A stretch of 64,000 nucleotides of DNA. Source: an uncultured delta proteobacterium (GTDB lineage: Bacteria > Desulfobacterota > Binatia > UBA9968). Below, piece after piece: positions 40,503-49,981 of this stretch (positions are counted from its first letter, which is position 1; every line of letters begins with the position of its first letter). The notes below the pieces were generated by a model. The model had not been told where the DNA came from. It searched no databases and was given only the letters and a program-made list of their open reading frames with translations. The position numbers and the translations under genes were made by a program. Location of the stretch: assembly GCA_963804165.1 (NCBI GenBank), contig CAWDPO010000040.1:128001-192000 (forward strand), in the 5' to 3' direction.

Positions 40503-42273
40503 GACTGCTTCCTTTCATGTCGCGGCTGCCTGCCCGTTGTGAGCTCGCGCCGTTGCTGCCGCGCAGCTTCGCCATTTGGGCACGATTGTTCTCTAGCAGC
40601 TGCTCACGTTGTTTCTGCCGGGTGATTTCTTTCTCGATTTCCCGGGTCTCGGAGTCAAATTGCGCCCGGAGCGCGGAGATTTGCGCTTCCAGCGCTTTGC
40701 GCTTGCGCTCGAGCTCACGCTGCGCCCGTTCGGTATCTTGTTGCCGGCTCCGAGCCTCAGCCTTTTCTTTCGCTTCCTGCGTCATCCGCGCGCTGCCCGT
40801 TACCACGCCTTCCGGTCCGAGGTAAACGTTCACTAGGTCGATGCCGTGGTCGGTCAGGACAAACTCGCGAACCTGATTGGAGTGCGCGATGCCGCGAGCC
40901 TTGAGCACGTACAGCACCCGGTTGCGCTCGCCGTTGGTTTCGATATTGCGCAGCAGGATCCAGGTGTCCATCAGAGAAGAGACGCCCATTTCAGTCTGTT
41001 CTTGATCGACTCCGGCTTCGGTCAGGCTGTTGAAGATCGCCGTGATGTGACGAGTTTTTAGAAAATCGATCAGACGGGTCAACATCGATCGGGTCTCCAA
41101 CTTGTCCCCGAGCGACAGAAACGTCGTCAGCGGGTCGAAGACCACCACTTTCGGTTTCAGCTCTTCAATCAGTTTATGGACTTTCACAAGATGCATTTCC
41201 AATCCATGCAACGAAGGGCGCGCCGCTTCGAAGTGCAGCAAACCGTTTTTGCTCCACGCGCCGAGGTCGAGGCCGACGGAGCGCATGTTGCGAACAATTT
41301 GCCCCGGACTTTCTTCGCTGGCAAAAAAGACGCAGCGCTCGCCGCGCCCGCAAGCGGCGTGGACAAAGTGCGCCGCCAGGCTGGTTTTGCCCGTGCCCGC
41401 GGTGCCGGACACCAGGATGCTCGAGCCGCGATAATAGCCCTTGCCGCCTAGCATCTGATCGAGGCTGGGGATACCGCTCGAAATCCGCTCCGCCGCGACC
41501 GTATGGTCGAGTCCGAGCGAAGTGATCGGCAGCACCGAGATCCCATTCTCATCGATCAAAAACGGATACTCGTTGGTGCCGTGAGTCGAGCCGCGATATT
41601 TGACGACGCGCAGGCGACGAGTGGAGGTTTGCTCTTTGACTCGATGGTCGAGCAGGATCACGCAATCGGAAACATATTCTTCGAGGCCGTGGCGGGTGAG
41701 GCTGCCGTCGCCGCGCTCAGCGGTAATGATCGCGGTTACGCCTTTGTCTTTCAGCCAGCGGAAGAGCCGGCGTAATTCGGCGCGCAAGATATTGCTGTCG
41801 GACAGACCCGCAAAAATCGCTTCAATGGTGTCGAGCACGACGCGCTTGGCGCCGATGGAGTCGATGGCGTGCGCCAGGCGAATGAACAGACCTTCGAGAT
41901 TGTACTCGCCGGTTTCCTCGATCTCGCTGCGTTCGATGCGCACGTAGTCGATGAACAGTTTCTTGCGCCGGATGAGATCTGTCAGGTCGTAGCCGAGGGA
42001 AGCGACGTTTTTGGTCAGATCCTCCTCGGTCTCTTCAAAGGCCATAAAGACTCCGGGCTCGTCATACTGCATCACGCCGCGAACCAAGAACTCTATGGCG
42101 AACAACGTTTTGCCGCAACCGGCCTGGCCGCAAACCAGCGTCGGGCGGCCGCGCGGCAACCCGCCGAGTGTGATCTCATCGAGTCCGCTTATACCGGTGG
42201 GCGCCTTGGCCAATGCTGGGCGCTCATGATTATTCAGTGCGCGATTCGTCGCGGCGGTTGTTTTTGGCTTCAT
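40480..42273 (-). CDS. kaiC: Double-domain KaiC (KaiC2-like) with C-terminal coiled coil
   Basis: Two Walker A motifs ([16 protein letters not shown]), FEE/SEE catalytic glutamates, VSSLMDTW phosphosite region. Confidence 0.96.
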   Translation of the reverse strand: MKPKTTAATNRALNNHERPALAKAPTGISGLDEITLGGLPRGRPTLVCGQAGCGKTLFAIEFLVRGVMQYDEPGVFMAFEETEEDLTKNVASLGYDLTDLIRRKKLFIDYVRIERSEIEETGEYNLEGLFIRLAHAIDSIGAKRVVLDTIEAIFAGLSDSNILRAELRRLFRWLKDKGVTAIITAERGDGSLTRHGLEEYVSDCVILLDHRVKEQTSTRRLRVVKYRGSTHGTNEYPFLIDENGISVLPITSLGLDHTVAAERISSGIPSLDQMLGGKGYYRGSSILVSGTAGTGKTSLAAHFVHAACGRGERCVFFASEESPGQIVRNMRSVGLDLGAWSKNGLLHFEAARPSLHGLEMHLVKVHKLIEELKPKVVVFDPLTTFLSLGDKLETRSMLTRLIDFLKTRHITAIFNSLTEAGVDQEQTEMGVSSLMDTWILLRNIETNGERNRVLYVLKARGIAHSNQVREFVLTDHGIDLVNVYLGPEGVVTGSARMTQEAKEKAEARSRQQDTERAQRELERKRKALEAQISALRAQFDSETREIEKEITRQKQREQLLENNRAQMAKLRGSNGASSQRAGSRDMKGSSHGSGKDR

Positions 42274-42529
42274 AGGGTTTTCTTTGGCGACAAAAATTTA
42301 AGATCGGCGCTGATTGAACGCAAGCCCCCGTCTAAAATGTTTCTCGTGAACTGCCTGCCGGACACAAAGTTCGATGCTGTCTATGCGACACTCGGGTACG
42401 ACGGGCCGTCCTCGCGATATCACAAGCGCTCACTGATCACCCGCGCACCTCCTCCACGACTACCAACCTTCAACCGGAAAATTCTAAAATCTGATGGGAC
42501 TCAAGACGCAAAAGACGTCTGTCCCACTT

Positions 42530-42889
42530 TCAACTCGTCAGCTCGCGCACGATGCCCTTTAATTTTTGAATGTCCAGGGGTTTGGTCAGATACTCTTTCG
42601 CCCCTTTGCGAAAACACTCTTCGCGAGTGTCCGCCGTGGGGTAGGCGGTGATCATGACGACTTGCGTCGACGGCGCGCGCTGCTTGATTTCCGCGAGCAG
42701 CGCGACGCCGTCGACGGGAAACATTTTGATGTCGAGAATAGCGGCGCAATACTCGTTGTTTTGAATGAAATTCAGGGCTTGATGGCTGCCATGCGCGACG
42801 CTGACCGCGTAACCTTCCTTGCTGAAGATGCGCTCTAGAAGGATCAGCAGATTCTCTTCATCATCGACAATTAAAATAGAACTTGCCAT
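42530..42889 (-). CDS. Single-domain response regulator
   Basis: ILIVDDE, ILDIKM, ITAYP, YLTKP; upstream of kaiC. Confidence 0.9.
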   Translation of the reverse strand: MASSILIVDDEENLLILLERIFSKEGYAVSVAHGSHQALNFIQNNEYCAAILDIKMFPVDGVALLAEIKQRAPSTQVVMITAYPTADTREECFRKGAKEYLTKPLDIQKLKGIVRELTS

Positions 42890-43233
42890 CGTTGCTTCCA
42901 GCATACTCCCTGTCATGGACTGCATTCCCCATCCCCCGCTCTCGTCACATTGCCGCGCGCTAAGTTATACCCAGCCGCTTCAAATGAAGAGTCCTCACCG
43001 TTTTTGCCGCGATCCATCCGCAGAACAGCAAATGGCCGTGGTTTGATGAGACTCGGTCTACGACCTCAAAGCTTCTATCACTACTCGTTTTGGCACCGCA
43101 ACGGTTATGTCGTCGCGCTGATAACCGCCTGGAACCAAAAAACACTGCGGCGGCACTCGGGCAGAATGGCTTCCCGAGTGCCGCCCCGCTCGGGATCCTT
43201 GATCCCTGGTAGCCAACAACAACGAGCCGGGTG

Positions 43234-43569
43234 CTATTTTTTACTTTGCACCTGAAGATTGTTCTGCACGCGTTTGACGCCTTTGACTTGCATCGCCAAT
43301 TGCTCGGCGCGCTGCTTTTGATCGGGCGACTCGACGATGCCGGTGAGCGAAACCACTTGTTTGGCGGTGTCGACATCGACCCGGGTCAAATTCGAGGCCT
43401 TTTCAGCGACGAGCTTAGATTTTACGGTCGCCGTAATCGTCGAGTCATCGACGTATTCACCGGCGGTTTCGCCGGTCATCGATGTGCATCCGCTGGTCGA
43501 TAGAAAAATCGCCAGTAACCCGGACGCGACCGGCAGCCAAAAAGAAGAATAGGTTTTTCGTAACGACAT
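43234..43569 (-). CDS. BON domain lipoprotein
   Basis: Lipobox TSGC; DDSTITATVKSKL, VSLTG, VKGVKRVQNNL. Confidence 0.9.
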   Translation of the reverse strand: MSLRKTYSSFWLPVASGLLAIFLSTSGCTSMTGETAGEYVDDSTITATVKSKLVAEKASNLTRVDVDTAKQVVSLTGIVESPDQKQRAEQLAMQVKGVKRVQNNLQVQSKK

Positions 43570-43619
43570 GGAACCTCCAAAATTTTAAACTTCCGAAAAG
43601 TCAGTCCGCTCCTTGCTGC

Positions 43620-43772
43620 TTAGATCCCTCCCGTGAGCAATAGGATGATGATAATCAGCAGCACCAAACCCAGACCGCCGCTCGGGTAGTATCCCCAGCC
43701 GGAACTGTAAGGCCAGGTCGGCAGAGCGCCGATTAACAGCAGAATGAGGATAATCAGCAAAATGGTTCCCAT
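43620..43772 (-). CDS. DUF3309 family small membrane protein
   Basis: MGTILLIILILLLIGALPTWPYSSGWGYYPSGGLG signature; SD gaggggg. Confidence 0.88.
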   Translation of the reverse strand: MGTILLIILILLLIGALPTWPYSSGWGYYPSGGLGLVLLIIIILLLTGGI

Positions 43773-43838
43773 TTGGATTCCCCCTCTCAGTGTTAGATGC
43801 CTGATCCTGACTGCCAAAAAGAGCGCACGCTATTTTCG

Positions 43839-44993
43839 TCAAGTCGGCAGACGCGATTCATTGCAAGGGACACTCCGAAACGCCATTGTCTCTGCGTCTT
43901 GCTTCGCCGCCCGACCTTTTCGCGCTTGGGTGAGCACGGGTCGGGACTCGAACGCAGCGAGCTCGAGGCCGACTACGCGCGGCCGCTTCGGCGCCTTGGT
44001 CAGACCATTGAGGCGCGACTCATAACCGGTCTTTCTTAAAACCTCCATGACCCGACTCTCCGAGCCCCAGTCGCTCCAGAAAACATTGCGGACGGGCAGC
44101 GTGACGAGCCTCGACGCGTGATCGCGCGCCAGTCGCTCCAAAATTTCTTTGGAAAAATTGATCGGCGACAAATCCTGATAGATTTCCTCCACCACGCCCT
44201 CCTCATCGGCCGTGCCGATGGCGTCATAAACGGCCCGATACATGCAGGACAATGCCGGGGAGAGATCGATCATCAGCTCCATCAGCGTGCTGGTTTTGAA
44301 GACCATCATCATGGTGTTCCACAACGCGCCGTCGCGTGTCAGCTTTTGCGCGCTTTCGTAGTCTGGTTTCTCGACAAACGACGAGATCCGGAATAGCGGG
44401 TTAGGGCCTCGTTTGAGTCTGCAGCCAGGCAGGATATAGCCGTACTCGGACTCTTCCCGGTCGGGCTCGATGCCCATCAGGACGACGCGCGATGGATCGC
44501 GCTTGACCAAAAGTTGAGCGAATTTCAGGTGGCGCGCCAGCTCGTCTGCTTCAAGGATGAAATGGTCCGACGGCATGACGGTGACAACGGAGTTCGGATA
44601 ACGCTTGGCGATGTGGAGAAGGGAAAGAAAGATCCCCGGCGCCGTCTCCTTGTTTTCGGGCTGCACGATCACCGTATTGGGGCTTCGATTCACCAGCTGG
44701 CACCGCACGTCCGGAAAGGCAAGGTGGCTCTTGTTGATGACCGTAAACACGCGGTTTGCCGCAGCTAACTTACCCGCCCGCTCGAAGGTGTGTTCGAGCA
44801 TGGAGCGGCGACCGATAAAACTAACGTACTGCTTGGGCAGCAAGTCGCCGCGTAAAAGGTGGACGAACGGGCGCAGCCGTTTCCCTTCCCCGCCGGCGAG
44901 TACGAGCGCGCAGGGCAGCGAATCTTTCTGAGCGAGCTCGATTGGATTCTCTATACGAGCTTGGTGATTACTGCTGGCGTGAGATTGTCCCAT
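43839..44993 (-). CDS. Sugar-phosphate nucleotidyltransferase (mannose-1-P guanylyltransferase-like)
   Basis: LAGGEGKRL, PKQY, NKETAP, PSDH, YGYI, FVEKP, WSDWG. Confidence 0.88.
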   Translation of the reverse strand: MGQSHASSNHQARIENPIELAQKDSLPCALVLAGGEGKRLRPFVHLLRGDLLPKQYVSFIGRRSMLEHTFERAGKLAAANRVFTVINKSHLAFPDVRCQLVNRSPNTVIVQPENKETAPGIFLSLLHIAKRYPNSVVTVMPSDHFILEADELARHLKFAQLLVKRDPSRVVLMGIEPDREESEYGYILPGCRLKRGPNPLFRISSFVEKPDYESAQKLTRDGALWNTMMMVFKTSTLMELMIDLSPALSCMYRAVYDAIGTADEEGVVEEIYQDLSPINFSKEILERLARDHASRLVTLPVRNVFWSDWGSESRVMEVLRKTGYESRLNGLTKAPKRPRVVGLELAAFESRPVLTQARKGRAAKQDAETMAFRSVPCNESRLPT

Positions 44994-45040
44994 TGGTTCT
45001 CCTTGTCTATCGGTGAATATCTCCCTACAAATCCGCCAAT

Positions 45041-45374
45041 CTATCCGGCCGGTCTAAGCGCGATCCGATTATTAATAACCAGCGCCGAGTGCACGGACTT
45101 TGGCAAGCTCGACTGCCTTGTCGCGGAAAGCTTTTGAAGCGACTGCGCCGGACAAAGTGACTTCGTTTTTAGCCGCTTCGGCGGTCACGTCGATGACAGC
45201 CTTTAGTTGCTCGTCGGTTTCCAGTTTCGCGCGGATGAGTCTTTCCAGTTCCAAGTCGTACATCATGAATGCCCGGGAGTCCCACGCGGTCCACCGTTCA
45301 TCGGGGCTCTCACCGGGCATAAAAAGTAGCGCGCAAATCAAAATGACAGGGATGATCCAACCTAGTTGCGTCAT
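45041..45374 (-). pseudogene. BON domain protein with a 1-nt frameshift near 45100 (or sequencing error)
   Basis: Removing one A from gccaaagtcc restores AKSVHSALVINNRIALRPAG*, a normal BON C-terminus. Confidence 0.7.
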
Positions 45375-45414
45375 GCGAACACTCGCCTACGATTCCGACT
45401 CGTTGGGGCATCGA

Positions 45415-45430
45415 CACAAAGAATGTGCCA
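45415..45430 (-). promoter_or_regulatory. Imperfect sigma54 promoter
   Basis: Reverse strand TGGCAC-ATTCT-TTGTG (-12 GT instead of GC); TGTA-N10-GACA at 45490-45507. Confidence 0.4.
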
Positions 45431-46349
45431 AACAGTTAGATCACTTATTGTGTGATAATTAACCGAATTTTCTCACATGGTCCGCCGTCTGTAAGTTTTT
45501 AAAGACAAGTTGAGCTGAAATTGCTTACAGCAAATTATTTGACTATTGGGCTGTGCGAGTTGATCGGCCAGTGGCGCGCCGCTGAAAAATACGCTCCGTG
45601 AGAGCCATAGCAACTGCGCAGGCCGCGGGAACTGCAAGGCTCTAAAGGTCAAATCTTTAACCGCAGGACGAATTGAACTTGCAAGTCCGAGCTAGCGATG
45701 AGAATTGACTTTCGAGGACGGCACCTTTGAATGTCTGGATCAGAGGATCACTCCAGACTCGCTCAGATTTACACCATCTGGGCCGCCGATCGTCTCGTCA
45801 TGTCGTGGAAGATCGACATGGAAGCCATGACATCCAGGGGACGTGCCGAGGAAACTGATCCGGCGGCTAGTGGATTGGCGCGACAGCATCGCGCGGTGGA
45901 ACAAGGAAAAGTGCAACTGGGCTGAGAGACAGTAAGACCGCCTAGGTAGATTTAACACGCCATTTTATTTTATTCTTCTAGCTTCAATGACTTTCATGTA
46001 GATTGCGCTCATCGTGTGGCATCGCTCGGACCAAATAATTTCAAAGATTTGCGCTGCGGCGCCATAAAATTCTCTCAAGTACGGGCCAATCCGACAATCT
46101 TGGTGAGGATATTGCAGTTGATGCAATAAAAGCTTACTAAGGCGGTAAAAGAGCCTCAACTGTGTGGATCTTTTCCGACAAATAGTAGGAAATAACGTAC
46201 GCGCAACTGCTGACAATCAACACGCTGCACATCAATAAGACTTTTGGCGCGACGCGAAATGAGTAAATCTTACCGCCGAATAAAGTGCACATAAGAAAAT
46301 GCACATAAGTTCGGCGAGCTTTAAAGTTAAGTTACTGGGGTGACAGAAC

Positions 46350-47774
46350 ATGTCCGCGGGCAATCTCTTGATCGTCGACGACGATCAAAACCTAATGGAG
46401 CTGGTCCAATCGAAATTGCGGGCCGCCGGTTATGAAGCCACGTCGGCACCAACCGGACGGGACGCCTTGCAATTGGTCAAAGAGGGGATTTTCGATCTGT
46501 GCATCGTTGATCTGAGACTCGCCGATCTGGACGGCATATCGCTGATGCGTGAGTTGCACCAGGTCAACCCGGGCATGCGCGTGATCATTCTCACCGGCTA
46601 CGGTAGCGTTGAGAGCGCCGTGGCGGCAATGCAAGAAGGCGCTTATAGCTACCTGACTAAACCGTTCAACACCCAGGAACTGCTGCTGCAAATCTCCAGG
46701 GCGTTGGAGAATCGCAGGCTTAATTCCGAGATCGAGCGGTTGAGGGGCCTTCTGGAAGAAACCTACGACTTTCCCAACATCGTCGCCAAGAGCGCGAAGA
46801 TGCGCAGCGTGCTGGATTTCGTTTCGCGGATTGCCGGCACCGAGTCGACCGTTTATCTGCACGGCGAGAGCGGCACCGGAAAGGAAATCATCGCCAAGGC
46901 GATTTATTTAGCCAGCGGCCGAAAAGATAAGCCGTTTGTCGCCATCAACTGCGCAGCTTTGCCCGAGCCCTTGCTCGAGAGCGAGCTGTTCGGTCATGAG
47001 AGGGGATCGTTTACCGGTGCGGAAAAAACCACCCGAGGCTTGCTGAGCCAAGCCCACACCGGCACTTTCTTCCTGGACGAAATCGGCGACATGCCGTTGT
47101 CGATTCAAGCTAAATTGCTGCGCGCCCTGCAGGACCGCCAGTTTTATCCGGTTGGCAGCGAAAAGCCGGTGCAGGTGAACGTCAGAATCATCGTCGCGAC
47201 CAATAAGAACTTAGAAGAGGAAGTGGCAAAGGGAAATTTCCGCATGGATCTTTTCTATCGGTTGCATGTGATTCCGATTCATTTGCCAACGCTGAGAGAG
47301 AGGAAAGAAGATATACCGCTGCTGGCCGACCGGTTCCTGAAGCAGATTTCCCAGCAGATGAAGAAAAAAATTAAGGGCATCACGCCGGAAGCCATGCGTA
47401 AGCTAATGCTCTACGACTGGCCAGGCAACGTCCGCGAACTGGAAAACACGCTGGAATACGCCGTGGCGATGACCCGCCATGACATGATCACCGAGGACGC
47501 CATTCTGCACACGAAAAACATCGCCATGAGGGGGGCGCGCTCTGACGATATAGGTCAATTCGTGAACGGCGGGACTTCGCCGATCAAGTCCTACAAAAAT
47601 GCCAAGTATGAATTTGAAAAAAGCTATCTGACTTACTTGCTCAAGCTTTGCGGCGGCAGAGCCAGCGAGGCGGCGAAACTGGCGGCAAAATCCCGCACCG
47701 ATTTTTATGAATTGCTGAGAAAACACGAAATCAGGATAGACGACTTCAAGCGCCCCGAAATGAGCCAAAGCTAG
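46350..47774 (+). CDS. Sigma54-dependent response regulator/enhancer-binding protein (NtrC family, GlrR-like)
   Basis: Receiver domain; GESGTGKE, ESELFGHERGSFTGA, FLDEIG, WPGNVRELEN; HTH AAKLAAKSRTDFYELL resembles the GlrR tail. Confidence 0.94.
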   Translation: MSAGNLLIVDDDQNLMELVQSKLRAAGYEATSAPTGRDALQLVKEGIFDLCIVDLRLADLDGISLMRELHQVNPGMRVIILTGYGSVESAVAAMQEGAYSYLTKPFNTQELLLQISRALENRRLNSEIERLRGLLEETYDFPNIVAKSAKMRSVLDFVSRIAGTESTVYLHGESGTGKEIIAKAIYLASGRKDKPFVAINCAALPEPLLESELFGHERGSFTGAEKTTRGLLSQAHTGTFFLDEIGDMPLSIQAKLLRALQDRQFYPVGSEKPVQVNVRIIVATNKNLEEEVAKGNFRMDLFYRLHVIPIHLPTLRERKEDIPLLADRFLKQISQQMKKKIKGITPEAMRKLMLYDWPGNVRELENTLEYAVAMTRHDMITEDAILHTKNIAMRGARSDDIGQFVNGGTSPIKSYKNAKYEFEKSYLTYLLKLCGGRASEAAKLAAKSRTDFYELLRKHEIRIDDFKRPEMSQS

Positions 47775-47930
47775 TTTCGCCATGCGCAGTGGCTGAAAGT
47801 TTTTCCCGTCCTAATCACACCGGAAAAAGACATACGGATCTGTAGGTGAATCTCCGCGCGTCAGACGGCGCGCGTTCGCCACGCCGTCATAAACATACGA
47901 CAACTGAATAGTTAGCGCGATTCATCGCAG

Positions 47931-47946
47931 TGGCACAGCCGTTGCT
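47931..47946 (+). promoter_or_regulatory. Consensus sigma54 promoter
   Basis: TGGCAC-AGCCG-TTGCT. Confidence 0.75.
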
Positions 47947-48011
47947 CGTTAGCCTTCTGTGACCGCAGCCGAAGATTACTGCGCCGTCGTTCGTAATAGA
48001 AAAGAGGGAAC

Positions 48012-48161
48012 ATGGAGAAAGATGGGTCAGATATCAAAAGCCTCGTGAAGCCGTCCTCGGCGTTCGAATGCGACGGGTGCGGCGAGTGTTTCGGGTCCTG
48101 GGAGCGTCTCCGGCAGCATCAGGTCGATTGCAAAAGCGATGAATCAGAGGAGTGGTTGTAA
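48012..48161 (+). CDS. Small C2HC zinc-finger protein (49 aa)
   Basis: SD gaggg; MEKDGSDIKSLVKPSSAFECDGCGECFGSWERLRQHQVDCKSDESEEWL. Confidence 0.7.
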   Translation: MEKDGSDIKSLVKPSSAFECDGCGECFGSWERLRQHQVDCKSDESEEWL

Positions 48162-48463
48162 CGGGATACCGCTTCGCTCTCCGATTATGAACTCGCTCAG
48201 TCGCGCCAATCTGGAAAGCGCGGATTTCGCCTGCTAAGTACGGCGGAGCTTTTTATCTGGCGCGGGCTGTCTGAGCCTTCCAGCTGATCACAAGCGGGCA
48301 ATTCGACAGTTTCGGGTCACGCGGATTTCGCTCGGCGCCTCAGAACCGCCGATCGAGCGGTATCTCTGTAGCCGTTCGCTCGTGATGGCAACCCGTCACG
48401 CCGATGTGTGGTCGGTAGACAGCCGCAATCAGCAACAAAGCCGTGAAACGGAATAATATCAAT

Positions 48464-49981
48464 ATGACGATTAAGGCGCGGCGATGCTTATGCGCCCTCA
48501 TCATTCTCATTGGATTGTTTTTCGGTCCTCTGCCCGCGTCGGCTGCAGCCGCCGGCCCGTTTGGTTTTGACGACGTCAGCGAGCTCGCCAAGAAAGCCTC
48601 CGGCGAAGCGTTTCGCGCGCCGCCGTCCATCCCTGATTTTTTGACGACATTGTCCTATGACCAATATCGCGACATTCGCTTCGACGTTAAGCGCTCGTTA
48701 TGGCGTGACCGCGGCAATTTTCAATTGCAGTTGATTCACCCCGGCTTTCTTTACGGCTACCCCGTACGGCTGAACACCATCGAGGCGGGTGCGGTGAAGC
48801 GGGTCAACTTTGATCCGACTCTGTTCACCTATGGCAGGAACAAATTCGCCGACAAGATCCCGGCCGATCTCGGCTTCGCCGGCTTTCGCGTCGCATATCC
48901 CCTAAATCAACAGGATGAATTCAATCACGTGGCGGTATTTGCCGGCGCCAGCTATTTCAGAGCGGTGGCGAAGGGTGAGGTGTTCGGCCTGTCCGCGCGC
49001 GGCTTGGCGATCGATACGGGCTTGCCGAGCGGTGAAGAGTTTCCGATGTTTACTGAGTTCTGGCTGGTGCGTCCGGCCCCCGACGCTCGTCAAATGACAT
49101 TATACGCGCTGCTCGACAGCCCGAGCCTGACCGGTGCCTATGCCTTTGAGGTGCAGCCGGGCCAGCGTACGGTTATGCAGGTACGGGCGCGATTGTTCAT
49201 GCGCAAAGCGGTGAGGGAGCTAGGCATCGCGCCGCTCACCAGCATGTACCTCTACGGCGAAGATAAGCCCCGGCCGCCCGACGATTGGCGCCCCGAAGTG
49301 CACGATTCCGACGGATTGCTGATGCGGTCGAGCGGTGGCGAGTGGATGTGGCGTCCGCTTGGCAATCCGGAAAAATTGCGGGTGAGCTATTTTGAATTTG
49401 ATAACCCCCGCGGTTTTGGACTTTTGCAACGGGACCGCCGCTTTCAAAACTACGAGGATTTGGAAACGCGCCATGAGTTGCGGCCCAATGCCTGGATCAC
49501 CCCGATTGGCCAGTGGGGTAGGGGATACATCAAGCTGGTGGAAATTCCGAGTCAAAAGGAAACCAACGACAACATGGTCGCCTACTGGCTGCCACGCAGC
49601 CTGCCGGCGCCCGGCCAACCGCTCGAGATCGCCTATCAGATTGGCTTTGAATCGAATGATCCGATGGGTTCGGCATTGGCGCGAGTGGTGGCGACGCGCT
49701 TCGGCAACGGCGATAAAGAGGACTGGCAGAGAATTGTGATCGACTTCGAAGGCGAAAAAATAAAGTCGCTGCCGGTTTCGGCCGGGGTCAAGGCCTACAT
49801 CGCGGTGGGTCAAGAAGCGCAGCTCGTGCAACAGAGTCTGGTGCGTAATGCCGTGACCGGCGGCTGGCGCCTGGCATTTCAGATCAAGCGCGCGCGCGGA
49901 AAACCCTTAGAGCTGCGCGCCTATTTGCAAGACGGCAAGGCTGTGCTCACGGAAACGTGGAGCTATCAATTAGAATCATGA
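48464..49981 (+). CDS. opgG: Periplasmic glucan biosynthesis protein G
   Basis: Signal peptide; YDQYRDIRF, GASYFRA, GLSARGLAIDT, APLTSM, RPEVHDSDG, ETWSYQ. Confidence 0.94.
   Translation: MTIKARRCLCALIILIGLFFGPLPASAAAAGPFGFDDVSELAKKASGEAFRAPPSIPDFLTTLSYDQYRDIRFDVKRSLWRDRGNFQLQLIHPGFLYGYPVRLNTIEAGAVKRVNFDPTLFTYGRNKFADKIPADLGFAGFRVAYPLNQQDEFNHVAVFAGASYFRAVAKGEVFGLSARGLAIDTGLPSGEEFPMFTEFWLVRPAPDARQMTLYALLDSPSLTGAYAFEVQPGQRTVMQVRARLFMRKAVRELGIAPLTSMYLYGEDKPRPPDDWRPEVHDSDGLLMRSSGGEWMWRPLGNPEKLRVSYFEFDNPRGFGLLQRDRRFQNYEDLETRHELRPNAWITPIGQWGRGYIKLVEIPSQKETNDNMVAYWLPRSLPAPGQPLEIAYQIGFESNDPMGSALARVVATRFGNGDKEDWQRIVIDFEGEKIKSLPVSAGVKAYIAVGQEAQLVQQSLVRNAVTGGWRLAFQIKRARGKPLELRAYLQDGKAVLTETWSYQLES

Noticed and set aside
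39813-42273. A true circadian oscillator
   Set aside because: No kaiA in the window; the KaiC2-type features support at most a timer or stress sensor.
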